Source of the DNA: Bigelowiella natans CCMP2755
Taxonomy: Eukaryota > Protista > Cercozoa
Direction: 5' to 3'
Assembly (NCBI GenBank): GCA_000320545.1
Contig: ADNK01000210.1
Location: 1 to 56,097 of the forward strand
DNA: 56,097 nt
A program made the translations under genes and the position numbers. Shown here piece after piece: positions 23,796-37,422 of this stretch; position 1 is the stretch's first letter; every line of letters begins with the position of its first letter. Below the pieces are notes generated by a model. It saw only the letters and a program-made list of their open reading frames with translations. It was not told where the DNA came from and searched no databases.

Positions 23796-24264
23796 CCGGT
23801 GCTGCTGTTTTACGCTCGTCACCTTGCATTGCTTGCTTCTATCCTATATAATCCTAGATATCTACGCTAGCTGATGCGAAGACAGATACCAGCCGCATTT
23901 ATGTACGCACATATACTTAGCGATTGCAGTGCAGAGTTAGCCGAAGCATCAGCAGCGTGGATACTTATTCTCGTCGCCTACTTCAAGTGCTGGCTTCGCA
24001 TTTATATGGCGTGGATTCATATTGCACAGGTCGTGAAATCACGGCATATCTGGATGTGTATAATAAGTCAAACAGTTCTCGATCATGCGATAATTGGAAC
24101 TGCTCCATTTAATATCACGGTGCCCCTCACAACTCCAAAATGATAATATGCCTTTTGAACGCCTCACACTTCAGAACTCCAAGACTGAATCCGTGAGAAG
24201 CGGGAATGAAAGCACGTATATCTAGACTGTGCGTTCTGCCAGAAACTCTAGAGGGTAGTAATAT

Positions 24265-25098
24265 TTACAGGTCGTCGTAATCGTCTTCCTTTCTTCTTCC
24301 ACCTCGGGTCACATTTATTGAGTTCAGGTTTTCAAATGGATCTTTCTCAAGCTTAGCGTCTATCATCTTCCACTCTACCATCCTCCATACGAGGGTTGCA
24401 GCATTCATACGCTTGCCACCAAATATACTTAATCCTTCGATTGTTTTAAAGATTTCTCCCTTGTAATATATGAGAATAGTAGGGCACTTACTATCTGGAA
24501 ATCCGTGAATGCACTCTGAGCCCTTGATCTTGCAGAACTTCACATACTTGTATTTCTTGGCCACAGACGACATGTGCTCGTTCAGAAGCCTGCATTCCAG
24601 CTTTCCGAACGCGTACAGGTGTAAGACAACATAGACCCCATCATCCTTATTGGATGCTTCCGTGACGGCAGATTTGTATTCTTGCTCTGTCAGTTCGTAC
24701 ACCTCACCGAACTTGTTTTTTGACATCGCTTGTTTAAGTTCCGCCATGCGCTTGGCCCGATACTTGTTGAGAATCTCATCGTCTAAGTCGTCCTACATGT
24801 GACATATGGATAGCATAGGCAAAGTTATTTCGTTTGCATGAACATGGAAGCGTAACACATCGAACCAATTTTTGAGAAAATGAACAGACAAAGCAAAGGA
24901 ATGACATTTAATGGATCGACAGTATAAAAATACCTCTTGTTCGTCTAAATCATCCAATGTCAAATCATCAAGCTTATCTCTAGCTTGGTCTTCCTCCTGT
25001 GCCTTTAGATCCAACTCGTCCTGCGTAGGTCCTTTCACTGTTTTTGAGATGATTCCATGCTTCACCAGCGCATCTTCCCATTCCGTTTTCTCCGACAT
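24265..25098 (-). CDS. PDCL3: Phosducin-like protein 3 (PhLP2/VIAF family); exons 25098-24934 and 24792-24265
   Basis: TEWEDALVKHGI N-terminus, KFGEVYEL, VVLHLY, CIHGFPDSKCPTILIY thioredoxin-like fold. A phase-0 GT-AG intron joins EQE|DDLDD. Confidence 0.9.
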
Positions 25099-25728
25099 TT
25101 TCTAGCGAATGAAAGTTGCAAATGGTAATAAGACAATGCATCGACACCTTATCTATCTCCTACATTAAGAGGATGCACGTGCGAAGGCTGTAAACGTAGG
25201 GGTGTTCACAGCTCCGTGAAAAAGTACGCTAAAGAAGACAGGCGTACCGTTGGTCTCTGTCAGATTTGCCAGCTTCGGAGCCCCACGAGAACAAGAACAA
25301 CAAAGGTAAGACCGAAAAAGATCTTGGCCATCTGATAATATGACAGATGTCCTTGAAATCAATCATACGACAATTAAAAACGGATCGAAAGCTCTGTATT
25401 TCCCCGCTTCAGTCGAAGAGCGAAAAGTTCTCAACCGCGAGAAAATAAATATTGGAAAAAGGTTTCCGCTGCAGGCGTGCACGAGCCTCAATATTCCTTG
25501 GCAGATTCTCAAAAAAATCCGACTTTTGGGAAACCTAGGCGATTTTCCTCACGTTCATCCGTATAATCCAGTCACACTTGAAGAACGTAGTTTAATGACT
25601 GAACATGATGAAACTATTTTAGAATTAGATGCGACATGTGTTTTACGCCAAAAACTATAGAAAACGGCATGGGTTTGTATACTCAGATTGCTATCACTTT
25701 TGGGGGAAGTGGCACCATCCCCAACATC

Positions 25729-28700
25729 ATGTCCCCAACATGGCGGCCTGTGATGATGTTGTTGGCCATGGAAACCACCTTTGCCCTCCGGGCACCGTTA
25801 TCAAACTCCATTCTACAAGAGACATTATCGTCGGGATCTCAGGAGGTAACCTTCAACCATGTTTCTTTGCCTCTTTGTTGATGATGGTATGTGATCGTTT
25901 CAGATTGTTAAAGCCTCCACGGATCATCGCGAGTACAAAAGTTTCACCCTCGACAATGGTCTGGAAGTTATTGCTATTAGGTGAAAAATTGCTTTGCGAA
26001 TAAAGAATCAAACTAACAGACATAACCATTAATTCATTTTTTCATTTTTTCCATTTTCTCATAAATTCATTTATTTATTTACTTAGGGATAAAACATCTG
26101 CGAGGTCTTCAGTCTCGCTCGATATTAACGTGGGCAGTTTCTACGACCCGAATGAAATTCCGGGAGTTGCACATTTTCTAGAGCATATGCTGTTTCTTGG
26201 GTCCAAAAAATTTCCAAAGGAAGGAAACTTCGATGCCGTTTTGGCAGAGAATGGTGGATACTCGAATGCGTACACGGCTACTGAGAACACCAACTACTAT
26301 TTCACGGTGTCCAACAAGGCCTTCAACAAGACAACAGAGATGTTTGCCAACATGTTCATCGACCCACTTCTCTCCATGGACGCAACAAATCGTGAAGCAA
26401 ATGCAATAAACGCTGAGCATGAGAAGAACCACCAGAATGATGGGTGGCGCTTTGAGCAGGTGAAGCGCGATATTGCTACACCTGGTCACCCATTCAACAG
26501 ATTCGGGACAGGGAATGCGAAGACACTCCTGAAAGATGTGAAGAAGTCCCACGCAGCCTTAGTCCAGCTCTTCAAAGGGCACTATTGCACCCCGAACATG
26601 CACATGACCTTGCTGTCGAGCCAGCCTTTAGAGGTGACAACAGATCTTGCTATTAGTTATTTCACGGGAATCCGCTCTAAATGCGAAGGAAGTGATAGCG
26701 AATACGGTATTGGGGAAGCAATGAAGCTCGTTTCGGACGGAGGCTACCATCCGGCCTACGACTCTTCCGCCCTTGGTTCTAAGGTGTACGTACGAAGTCT
26801 GGCGAAGCAGCAGTCGCTGACGCTTCTGTGGCAAATCCCACCGCAGGGAAACAAATGGAATGAAAAATCTGGGCAGTACCTAGGAAACGTACTCTCAGGT
26901 CAGCACAAGGGGTCGTTGTATGAGCTGCTTGTTCGAGACCCTGATGGGGCCTTGATCAAGGGGGGCATCGACGCGGGGGCAGCAGACGATTTCTCCATGT
27001 TCGGAACATTCGAGGTGCAGCTTTCTCTCACTAGGCGAGGCTCCACCAAGGTCCCATACATCCTCCGCGCCGTTCATCACTACCTCTCGATGATCGAGAA
27101 GAAGAAGGAGGGGATTACGGAGGAGCGTTACGAGGAGTACAAGGTCGACGCGCGCCATGAGTTTGACTTTAAGGAGAAGGAATCGCCAGAGGACTATACG
27201 AGCAGTGTCGCAGCATCGATGAGGCTGTACCCGGCTTCTCAGGTCCTTTTCGCTACAAGCAACTACGCCAAGTTTAGCCCCGCCTCCATCCGTAGCATCA
27301 TGGCTGCAATGAAGCCTGAGAACCTCATCGTATTCTACTCGGGAAAGCACCATGACAAGAAACTGTCGCGCAGTGACAAGTACTACAACGTTGAGTACGA
27401 TGTAGCTAAATTCGAGCCTAAGCTGCTCGAGGAGTTGAAAACTGCGAGGGGGGAAGGGAGTGATGCCGAGGATTCTGCTTTCAGTATGCTAGCCCTCCCA
27501 CCGAAGTCCGAGTTCGTGGTTACGGACACCTCGGTCAAGGAGATCGATGCGAAAACTCCACGATTTGCAAAAGGTGCGGACCCCGAAGCTCTTGTAATTC
27601 GAAACGACTACGTTCAGAAGCCATCCGATAGCCAGCGATGCGTCGCCCATTGGCTCCAAGACTCTTACTTCAAGCAGCCAAAAATCTCCGTTTCTTTGTC
27701 GTATTCAAAGTCTGCACCGTTCGTGAGCGCTAAGGAGCAAGTATCAGCCTCGCTCTTCGCATCGATGGCCCAGGACGCCCTTCGCATTGAAACGGACGAT
27801 GCAAGCCGTGCGGGCTACGACTTCTCGATCGGAGCAAGCAACACGGGTTTCCAGGTGAAGGTCTCCGGCTTCTCGCAGCATTTCAAGAAGTTCCTTACGT
27901 TGGTCCTCGAGAGGCTTCGCGATCCTTCTAAGCTGCTCAAAAAGAGGCGTTTCGAAAGCATCAAGGTTTCACTGGCAAACTCGGTTGAGAACTCCTTGCT
28001 CGAAGAGCCCTACAAACGCATCGGGTCGTTCATGTCCGCAGCCCTGGAGAGGCCGCATCTGAGCACATGGGATCTAATGGCTGGCCTGAAAGAGGTCACA
28101 TTTGCAGATTGCGAGGCAATCCACGCGAAGCTGTTTTCTGATGCCGCAGTGGAGGTATTTGTGTTTGGAGACGCCAACCTCAAAGACGCACAGGACATCA
28201 CGGCACTTGTGACAGATCGCCTCCCGGTCAAGGCAAGCTCGCCTGAGCTCCTTGCAGCTCTGCCATCTGCGGAGTACGTCCGCGTCGCGAAACCACAGCC
28301 GTCGAAGATCTCCACCTTCCGCGCGCCACTCACGGACAAATCAAATCCGAACTCGTGCGTGCAGACGTACTGGCAGTATGGACGGAAGCGATCTGAGAAG
28401 GACCCGTTGTACCTCTCGGTGTTGAGCTCGATTGCCCACGGCCCTGCATACGACACGTTGCGGACCAAGGAGCAGCTCGGATACATCGTCAGCTCTGGAG
28501 CGGACCGACGCTCTCATGTGCTCGGCTTCAAGGTTCTCGTGGAATCTGCCACTAAACCTGCCAAGCACCTGCACCGCCGCATCATGAACTTCATGAAGAA
28601 GCTCGACGCAATCGTTGAAAATCTCTCCTCTGAACACTTCAAGACGGTGGTTCTGACCCTCTCAAACGGTCTGATGGAGCCGCCACAACGCGCCTCGAAA

Positions 28701-29051
28701 TCCAGGGACTCCGTTCTGGCTGAGATCCAAAGCCGGGAATACCAGTACAACAGACGTGCTAAGAACTTCAAGGTGCTTCACACTCTTGAGCTCTCCGAAT
28801 TCAAGCAATTTTACGAGAACATGCGCTCGGGGGCTGTCGTTAGTGTGCAGCTAGATCCTCAAGCCGAGGAACTATCCTCCAACACGGACGAGAATGCGAA
28901 TCCGGTAATGGGTATGGATGGAAACGCGGAGAGGCTGATGGAATACGGAACGACCTTCGAGATGGTGGGCAAACTTTCGCAGTGGCGCGCCGACCAGGAG
29001 GAGTTTGATCTGAAAAAGGGCAAGGACATCCCAGCTTGTAAATTTTGTTAA
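25729..29051 (+). CDS. Insulinase/pitrilysin family (M16A) zinc metallopeptidase with a probable signal peptide
   Basis: Inverted zinc motif HFLEH, SNAYT, TNYYF and LRTKEQLGYIV. Two short 5' introns link MSPTWRPVMMLLAM..|IVKASTDHREYKSFTLDNGLEV..| to the large exon. Confidence 0.92.
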
Positions 29052-29079
29052 TTTCTACATAAAGAACAAAAAGTCAGAG

Positions 29080-29710
29080 CCATGAACACATGGGTATGTG
29101 ATGTGCATGTTTATAGCTGTTCACACAGATGTGTCTGCTGTTCTCACACAATGAGCGAGCGTGCATCTTGTGAAAACATGATGTATGCACGGCTACATGC
29201 GATGTGTCTGTCATCTTGCATGTTGTCATGCAATAATGATGCGGAAGTTTAGCACGACCGAGGATTTTTGCACATCTAGATATGTGCGTGATAGATGCAC
29301 AGCTACGTACATGCGTGTGTGGCGGAGTTATCAGATATAGAGTGCATGCAAGAAATGCGCATCACGCAACCGAACGCGTACCTCTACCGCTAGCTAGACG
29401 CGTACACACTCACTATAGCTGATGTGTGCCATGCGAGTACGGACGCCCACATGCATGCAACATCTTCCACGTACGTATATCGTACGTACATGCGCCATCG
29501 GTCAAGCAGCATTTGCAACGTTTTCATTTGTCGGCAATGCAATGCACATGCAGCATGCGCACTAGAGCAGCACACGACTGCTAGCTCGTACGTACTACAT
29601 TAGTACATGGCGGTAGGTACGATCACTAACGCATACAGCTGCCAATGATGACATTTGACATGTGCTAGAAGTACATCGCCAGTACAGCATGTATACATAC
29701 ATGTAGTGAG
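29080..29710. other. Purine/pyrimidine-alternating tract in a convergent spacer, CATG-rich proximally and GTAC-rich distally
   Basis: catg/tgca-rich in about 29080-29360; cgtacgtac-type motifs with TA retained in about 29370-29710. Confidence 0.6.
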
Positions 29711-30095
29711 TTGATTTTAGTAAGTTCGGATCTTATTTATTAATATCCTAACATAGTAGTTATATAGTGCTCCTCTCCTTCACAGATAGTAACCAGTGAC
29801 AAAAAATGGATAATTTAATATAAATAAATACTAATGAAAACGACTACTTGGATTACGTCGAATTATACTGAGTCGTACGTCATACACTTGCTCTGTCTAT
29901 TCCCCTTCCCCCTTTGTCTCATATCTATTGTACAGTAAGCTTCGATCATTCGTCATTCTTGCGATTATCGGAATAGAACAGTTTTTCGATTTGCTGGGGA
30001 ACAGTTTTTAAGAAAAATTATATTCAGTAGTATCGCTCTTTGTCCGTGATATGTTCTCTCTCCTATTCTTAATAACTGCCTGTACCGTATTTCAT

Positions 30096-31766
30096 TTATA
30101 AGTTCCTGTTGCTGAATGCGAGAGCAGAATTAATGCCAACAACCTCACACACAGGTACATTTCTAGAGTGAGAGCTAACATAAGGTTGAGGTATATATCG
30201 TGACCCAGCGACCGGTACAGCAGTGAGCGATTGAATTGTCTGTTGTGGTAGAGGCTGAGGCGGCATGTTACACTTCGGCTTGTGGGCTCGGAGGTGATTT
30301 CGAGTTGGAAATTTTTTGTCACAATCAGGGCATTGATACGGGGTCTCGAAGGTGTGCTTCGTCCTGATGTGGCCAGTTAAAGAACTCTTTTGTGTGAAAT
30401 TCCAGGGGCAATAAGGGCAAGAGTATGGTTTTTCTCCTGTGTGAACCCTTATGTGCTTTTTCAAGTGAGCTCGTTGCCGGAATCGGCGGGAGCAAATTTC
30501 ACAAGGAAAAGGACGTTCATCACGATGAGTAAGCATGTGCCTGGTCAAGCTTCCACTGGCGGTAAACACTTTGCCGCACTCTGCACACGTTCTATCTGAT
30601 ATTTGCTTTTTAGTTAGACCCGTAAATGCAGTTGAAGGGGGAATCGGGGCTTCGTTTTCCCTCTTAACTCTTTTCATCATTTGACTCGCAGGTTGAGGCA
30701 CTGGAGCACCAGGTGTGTGCATTATCGACCCAACGCCCCGCTTCCTCTTCAATTTATTCTCATTTCTATAGACGCTACCGTATCGCATGGCGGCGCGCTC
30801 GGACTCAATTCTGGGGTATTCTGGTGCTACAGGCACCTTTTTCATAGGCCTTTCGTGAAATCTACCCAGAGTCGGGTCCGAGGGGCGAATTGGGACGCTG
30901 GCCGAGTTTGAATTCTGAACAGCTTCTTGCTTCGGTGTTGGAGGATGCTGTAGCAACTCATACTCGGGCTGCAGGTTTCTCAGGGGACGAAACAACCTTC
31001 CTGTTGGCCTACGATAGTTATCATTTCCGTCTATTGGTTGGTTAAGGCCGGCATTCTTTGAACTTCCTTTGGCGAAGTTAGTACCAATTTGCCAAGACGG
31101 GCTGGGATTCAGAGGAGGCGTCATGGATTGGATTCTCGGTCCGTTTCGTAAATCTGCAAGTTTTGGGCATATTGGAATTCTACTGGCTTCTGGTGGGATC
31201 TCACTTGGCAGTATCATTTCCCTAGATTTATTCGAAGGCAAACCAACGTTCTTCATTGTGTAGATTCTTTTAGAAGGGATCCTGCCATCTGTACTCTTTC
31301 TGCGTGTTCGTTTTCCCTTTTGTTTGTGTTGAACCTTTGTGGTTATTTTAGGTCGTGCGGTTTTCTTGCCCTTATCTTTTGTTTCGACCAATCCAGAGGC
31401 ACTTCCACCTTTGCGGCGATTCTGGAGATTTTTTTTCACAAATTGCTTGTTTCTCTCTTTTCCTACACTAGAAACGTGCTTTTGAGAGTACCCAGTGAAA
31501 TTCTCACTGTTTACTACTCTTCCCTTAGGATCTAACTTATCACTTTGCAAATGTGCTACCCCCTTTCCTCTCTTCTCATCTACTCCTCCTCTCTTTTCCT
31601 TCTCTCCGAATCTCAGGGAAAGTAACAGCGTTGCGGCGTCGCCAGAGACTGGTGGGGTGAATTCTTCTCGTTGCATCTGCACCGGCACGTGCAATGGATC
31701 AGTTGGCTTAGGGGGAAGCTTGAGATGCCGAGGCCTTTGCCTCCTTTCTTTCGCTCCTCCCTTCAT
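30096..31766 (-). CDS. C2H2 zinc-finger protein with four tandem fingers
   Basis: CAECGK..H..H, CEICSR..HIRVH-TGEKPY, CPYC..HIRTKH and CPDC..H motifs after a long basic, disordered N-terminus. First in-frame ATG is at 31766. Confidence 0.88.
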   Translation of the reverse strand: MKGGAKERRQRPRHLKLPPKPTDPLHVPVQMQREEFTPPVSGDAATLLLSLRFGEKEKRGGVDEKRGKGVAHLQSDKLDPKGRVVNSENFTGYSQKHVSSVGKERNKQFVKKNLQNRRKGGSASGLVETKDKGKKTARPKITTKVQHKQKGKRTRRKSTDGRIPSKRIYTMKNVGLPSNKSREMILPSEIPPEASRIPICPKLADLRNGPRIQSMTPPLNPSPSWQIGTNFAKGSSKNAGLNQPIDGNDNYRRPTGRLFRPLRNLQPEYELLQHPPTPKQEAVQNSNSASVPIRPSDPTLGRFHERPMKKVPVAPEYPRIESERAAMRYGSVYRNENKLKRKRGVGSIMHTPGAPVPQPASQMMKRVKRENEAPIPPSTAFTGLTKKQISDRTCAECGKVFTASGSLTRHMLTHRDERPFPCEICSRRFRQRAHLKKHIRVHTGEKPYSCPYCPWNFTQKSSLTGHIRTKHTFETPYQCPDCDKKFPTRNHLRAHKPKCNMPPQPLPQQTIQSLTAVPVAGSRYIPQPYVSSHSRNVPVCEVVGINSALAFSNRNL

Positions 31767-32291
31767 CGTCAGTTGTTGAGAAGGCGGTTGATGGTTTTCT
31801 TGGGGGAACCGTATGTAGAGCAAGAAAAAGAGAGAGGAAAGAGAGTGACGATTGAACGGAAGAAAGACCGAACAATATACAAAACCCCGTGCAATTATAC
31901 TCAATCTGAAGTCTAAATATCGTCGCTGTATCCAATAGAGCCCTATTTGGACTTTAATTCGAACCAACGCCAATTTGCATATTTAGTCCTAAATAATTGC
32001 AGCAAAGTTTGAATCACGGTAAAACTATTAAAAAATAGTGTTTACGACATAAATTTTTAGCATAAATTACCATTTATTTGAACTTCCTATGGACAATGTA
32101 CAATTTCTCTAAGTCTTATTTGAAACATGTGAGAAAAGGGAGAGACATCTCTAAACTGGATATGCTACATTTTGGTGGCAAATCAAATTTTATATTCCCT
32201 GCGACAACTAATATCACAACAAAAAGGAGGTTGCGAAAATAAAGAAGAGGATATTTGGTCTGACTGATAATCGTGGAAGTGACCATGGCAA

Positions 32292-33706
32292 ATGATGAAC
32301 TATGATGAACTGATACTTGAGGTCGAATTACACTATCTTCCAACTGAGGATGATGCACATACAATTTGTCAGTTTCCGTTCTCGCTCCGATTTCTCATCG
32401 CAACGCATGCGGAAAACAACGAACGTCAGGGGGAAAAAAAGGAAACCGACGGAAAATTGATGAATTATTTGCACACAGACCTCCACAACGACTCTCCGAG
32501 TGGTTGTTGTTATAAGATACAAGTGAAGCTCAACTGAAATGTTGACGAGTATGCAAGTACAATTTCCATTTTTGTTCGGCGTTTCAATCCACAGACAATG
32601 ATTTTAATGACATAAATAGGAAAATCATCAAGTATTTCAGATGTGGAGACAAACATCAAGAGAGATGAGAAGAGAGAGCGGGCATTTAGTTCGACTGCTT
32701 TGGAAACTCACCGAAACAGATATTGCTGTTTGTTCTCCCACAAAACTAGTTGAGGCCATAAATTCGCACAATCTGCTCAAAATCCAAGACGGTAGAGGAT
32801 GCTGGAGGCAGTTTTTGTGGAAACAAGTGATGTACAGATGATCTGGTACTCACTTCTTCAAGTTTCCCACTACCTTTGGTTCAGTCTCAACTTTCCCATT
32901 CATCGCGAAACAAATCTATGAAATCTGGGTAATAACTTCGCATTTTTCCCTCAATCCATCAAACAAAATGCTTTATCCAAGCCGCGAAGTTTTGTTGTTA
33001 TCGTGAGCATGGTCTGACAGATCGAAGGAAATTCTCTGTCTTTTTGGGGTGTACCTACCTTCAGTGAGAGCCGTTTCCAAAATTGATTGGAGCTGCAAGC
33101 ACTTCCGTACAAAATACAGGCCAATAATGACTAAAACATTGCATCAAATATCAGATATTTGTGATGGTGTGGAGAAACCGAATATAACTGAACAATTGAT
33201 ACGTAACGGCTTAGTAACCGAAAACGTGCATGACGTGAACAACGCGGACCCCTTCGTAGACTACCTCACTCTTCTGACAACGCAAAATTGAAAGCGAGAA
33301 TGTGACATGGAAAAAAACGCAAACCAGATCTAGATCTAATGGTAGTCGGATGCCGAGATCTTTAAAAATTTCGGAAACAGATGAAACCGTGGAACCAATC
33401 AATCAAACAGTAGCATCCTAGACATCTCCTAGTTTTCTCGTCCCCCCCCCGACGCAAGCGTCCAGCATTCACGACATGACGAAGCTGCAGAATATTTCGG
33501 CATAGAGGATAACACAAGGAGGATATTCCGATGCTCAAACCGAAGATGAAGCAGAATAAATTTAAGAGAACACTACTTCGAGTAATAGCAGAACTACTTC
33601 CCTTCTCAGTGTGAACACCTTACTATGTTTCTCCAACGGCATTGAAAGAGAGCGCCCTCTGTACCAGTAGCGACATTGCGTAGATCGACCCAAACACATA
33701 CATACA

Positions 33707-33738
<32 letters not shown>

Positions 33739-34334
33739 CAAAGAAGAGACGGGTAGATTATCCTCTGAAAAGTTCGTACAATCCCAGCGAGTTGGAGGCT
33801 ACAGTGAAGGCGCACTTGATGACACCGTCTTCATGAAACAGTGAGCAAAACAAGCCTTTCTACACTGACATTGAAACTAGAACATTCTTCTTGTCAATAT
33901 TTCTCACTCGATACCCCTTCTGGAAATATATGCCTTGCCCAGGCAGCTGAGGTTCGAGAATCATTGTGACGCTCTTCGAAAGCTTGAGGCCATTTCAAAA
34001 GTAAAAACCTCACACACTATTTTATTATGACTCATTTTTACATTCGTTCCAATAGATTGTGCGCCAGACGCTCGAAAGAGTCGAGAGCTGCCTCAAGGAA
34101 ACACCGTAAAATAAAAAATACTCTGATTCTTTCAGCGTTGATGAAATAGACGATTGGACAACGCGCATAATCTAAATTCTTTTGTCTTTGTGAAGACAAA
34201 AACTTTACGACGTCGTGGTGCTAACTCTCTCGGATGATGACGAAGAAAAGACACACCTCCAGGCCACACAGGTAGGTATCATGCATGTTGAACCTGAAAA
34301 AAAGCGACTACTTACACACGCGAGGAACGAACAA

Positions 34335-34377
<43 letters not shown>

Positions 34378-34522
34378 TCAAAATTGAAGGGGTAGAATTG
34401 TTTCGCTCATAAAGGAATATAATTTACGATCATATCCAGGAAAAACTTTCTGGATTTATAAATAAGCATAAGAGCATTCAAACTGGACTTTTTACAAGAG
34501 GTCTCCCCCCTACCCCTTTTCG

Positions 34523-34564
<42 letters not shown>

Positions 34565-35987
34565 ACTCACCCACTCACTGCTTCCCGCCCCCCAGGCGTC
34601 TCAGAACCACTGACCGATCTCATGAAATCCGTAAGGATCATCGAGGTTGACCAATATGTTCATGTAGTAGCATTGTTGTATGCCATTCCACGAGTCGGAG
34701 AATTTTACAAATTTGAGACTTATCGGTCCATTCTCCGTGAGCCCCTCTGTCTCCCTTCCCCTTTCCCCTTTCGCGCGCGGAGAAACTACAATTCGATTTT
34801 GCTTGCTATCGATGAGCATTTAACTCAAGTCACTCCGTTTCCTCCTCTCCCCCCTTTCCTCCTTTGGCCAACACTGTACCACATAGTCGGAAATTGCGCT
34901 AAGGCAAGCGAACAAGGAGAACTACATGTACCACACGAGCACAATATGTACACATCTATCAATATTGTCGATGTTTGCATGCATACCTAGGAGTAGTAGT
35001 AAAGGCTCGTTCCTTTTTCTCACGACTGATTACTGCCTGTGCCCGTAGCTATTATCTCGGGAAGATGTCGAAGCTGAAGGACATCCAGAGAAACAACCTT
35101 CGCACGGGAAAGGTACCTGTGTTCTCCAGGCGTGAAAGAGATGAGATGCGATGACGGTGGTGACGACGACGAACTCAATGGATCTCCTCCTCTCTCCTCC
35201 TTCGTTAATATCTCCATCCATCCTCGTCATTACCATTCATCTTCGTCTCCATTGGTTTTTGCAGGTAACATCTTACAACTTTTCTGAGAAGTATAAACGC
35301 AACTCGACCAAAATTGACGCGTGTAAAGGTTCAAACTACATCTCCCCTCCCCCACCCCCTCCCCCACAGCATACGCCATAATCAGACATCATGTCTACAC
35401 AAACACACATGCACTCACGAATGAGCCAAGAACAAGGAAAAAGGGTGGGGGTTCTACTTGAAATCTAATGTTCTTGTTAGCGATAGCAGTCATCAAGGTT
35501 TGCACATCCCAAACTTACCGCATTGCTGCTCCTCCCTTCCTATTCCAATATTGCTTTGCTATACATTTGTAAGCCCTTTTTGAGAAAACGACTAGCAAAA
35601 CGTTGCTTACGCTCGGAGCGTTCTTTGACAAGTATAAATTGTGTGTTTGTCTGTATTCACCCTGTGGAAATGTTTAAGAGCACATATTATACTAATGCAA
35701 TTTTCTGCGCCAGATGGTCAGCAATGGTGGAGCCTGTGATCCTGAATATCCTCGAAATTCAGGTCTTCGTGTTGCACCAAGCTGGCGATCATACGAAGAA
35801 CAGAGCTGAATAACAAATTGATTGAATGAATGGAGGATAATATATTGCCGGAAAAAATTATTGCACCACCACCACCACTGAATAACCGAGCTTTCTATCG
35901 TTCTTCCAGGCGATTGTATACCGGAGGCACGGAGATGAGAACTCACAAATCCGGTAACACTACGCCCGTATACATAGAGTCTTACGC

Positions 35988-36036
<49 letters not shown>

Positions 36037-36419
36037 CTCGCTCTTTCTCTCAATTCAGCGCATCCATTTTCACCTTTGCCTTGCCCCTTTTCCCAGCAAC
36101 TGCTTCGTGCGGGAGAGCAACGCCGATGTGAGCATAGCAGCTCTTTGCAACGGTGCCTTGGCCGAGACCATACCAAAGCCGATACGATTTCCGCCTCCAT
36201 TGCCAAGGGCGGGAAGTGATCACGATATCGCTCATATCGACCGCGGCGAAGAAAAAGAGGAAAGGAGAGACGGATCCATGGAAAGTGAATATGTTTCAAA
36301 GGAAAAGAGTGGGAGCCTTTCAGCGTCCCTGCACATTAAGAACAGCAGCAAACCCGTCAGTCCTATCGAGGTTTTTAATTTGATTGCGAGGCACTACGTC
36401 ACCACATGCGCACGCACAG

Positions 36420-36499
<80 letters not shown>

Positions 36500-37376
36500 G
36501 GACACGCGCACAAGTGTGCTCATACTTACATGTACACATACATTCTTGGCATTCAAAAAGGACACGCTGCCCGCAATCTCTACAAGCGGTAATAGCAGCG
36601 CCAATACGCTCCTTGCCTCCCCAGCATCGACTTTGATTTCCCCGAACCTTTCAGAGGTAGAGGGGGCAGCACCAATACAGGCTGCAGCCGTATTGCAGTC
36701 AAAGATCGAGCGAGTTGTTACGATCGATGACGCTCTAGCTGGCACTGATAGTATCGCTCAATGCACGCGACCACAACGCGTCCGATCCCTCTCCCAACCA
36801 CGCCGGCGAAGACGAACTACGAGGTAATAGAAAGGGGAGAGGAGGAGAAGGGGGAGGGAGCGAGTGAGAGAGAGAGAGAGAGAAGAAGAAAGGTTTACTT
36901 CTCATTTTCAGAAGCCATTTTTGACTGCCTGCCGGGTACAAACCCATGCTGCATTTCTTGTGCGCCTCACAACGACGATTGATGGCGACTCAACAGAGGT
37001 AACAGGGGCCTGATGCTTGGAGACGTATCAGCGCAGGCACGAGTCCTCGCCGACGAAAAATGGCAAATTGATCGGCGAAAATCACGCGAAATTCCAAAGG
37101 AGGATCTCTTTATCCACAAGGCTTTGATTCGGGTGTACAAGGAAAGAGAGTCGAAGGACGCCAGTACTAGCACTCAGGATCTCCACCCTGTCGGAAACTC
37201 CGTTTTAACAGCAGCGCCCACATCCGCTTTTGGCAGTGCAGCATGCACTCTGGATTCGTCGTCCATGCCGTCAGTACAAGATGTGAGAGCTCTGGAAAAT
37301 GACCAGGTCCGACGATCGAACGCGAGGAGATTATACATCAACTTGGCGTATCTTCTTCTCCCTCTCACTCTCTCTC

Positions 37377-37422
<46 letters not shown>

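Noticed and set aside
28010-28771. Antisense ORFs within the insulinase exon
   Set aside because: They are expected shadow ORFs of GC3-rich coding sequence.
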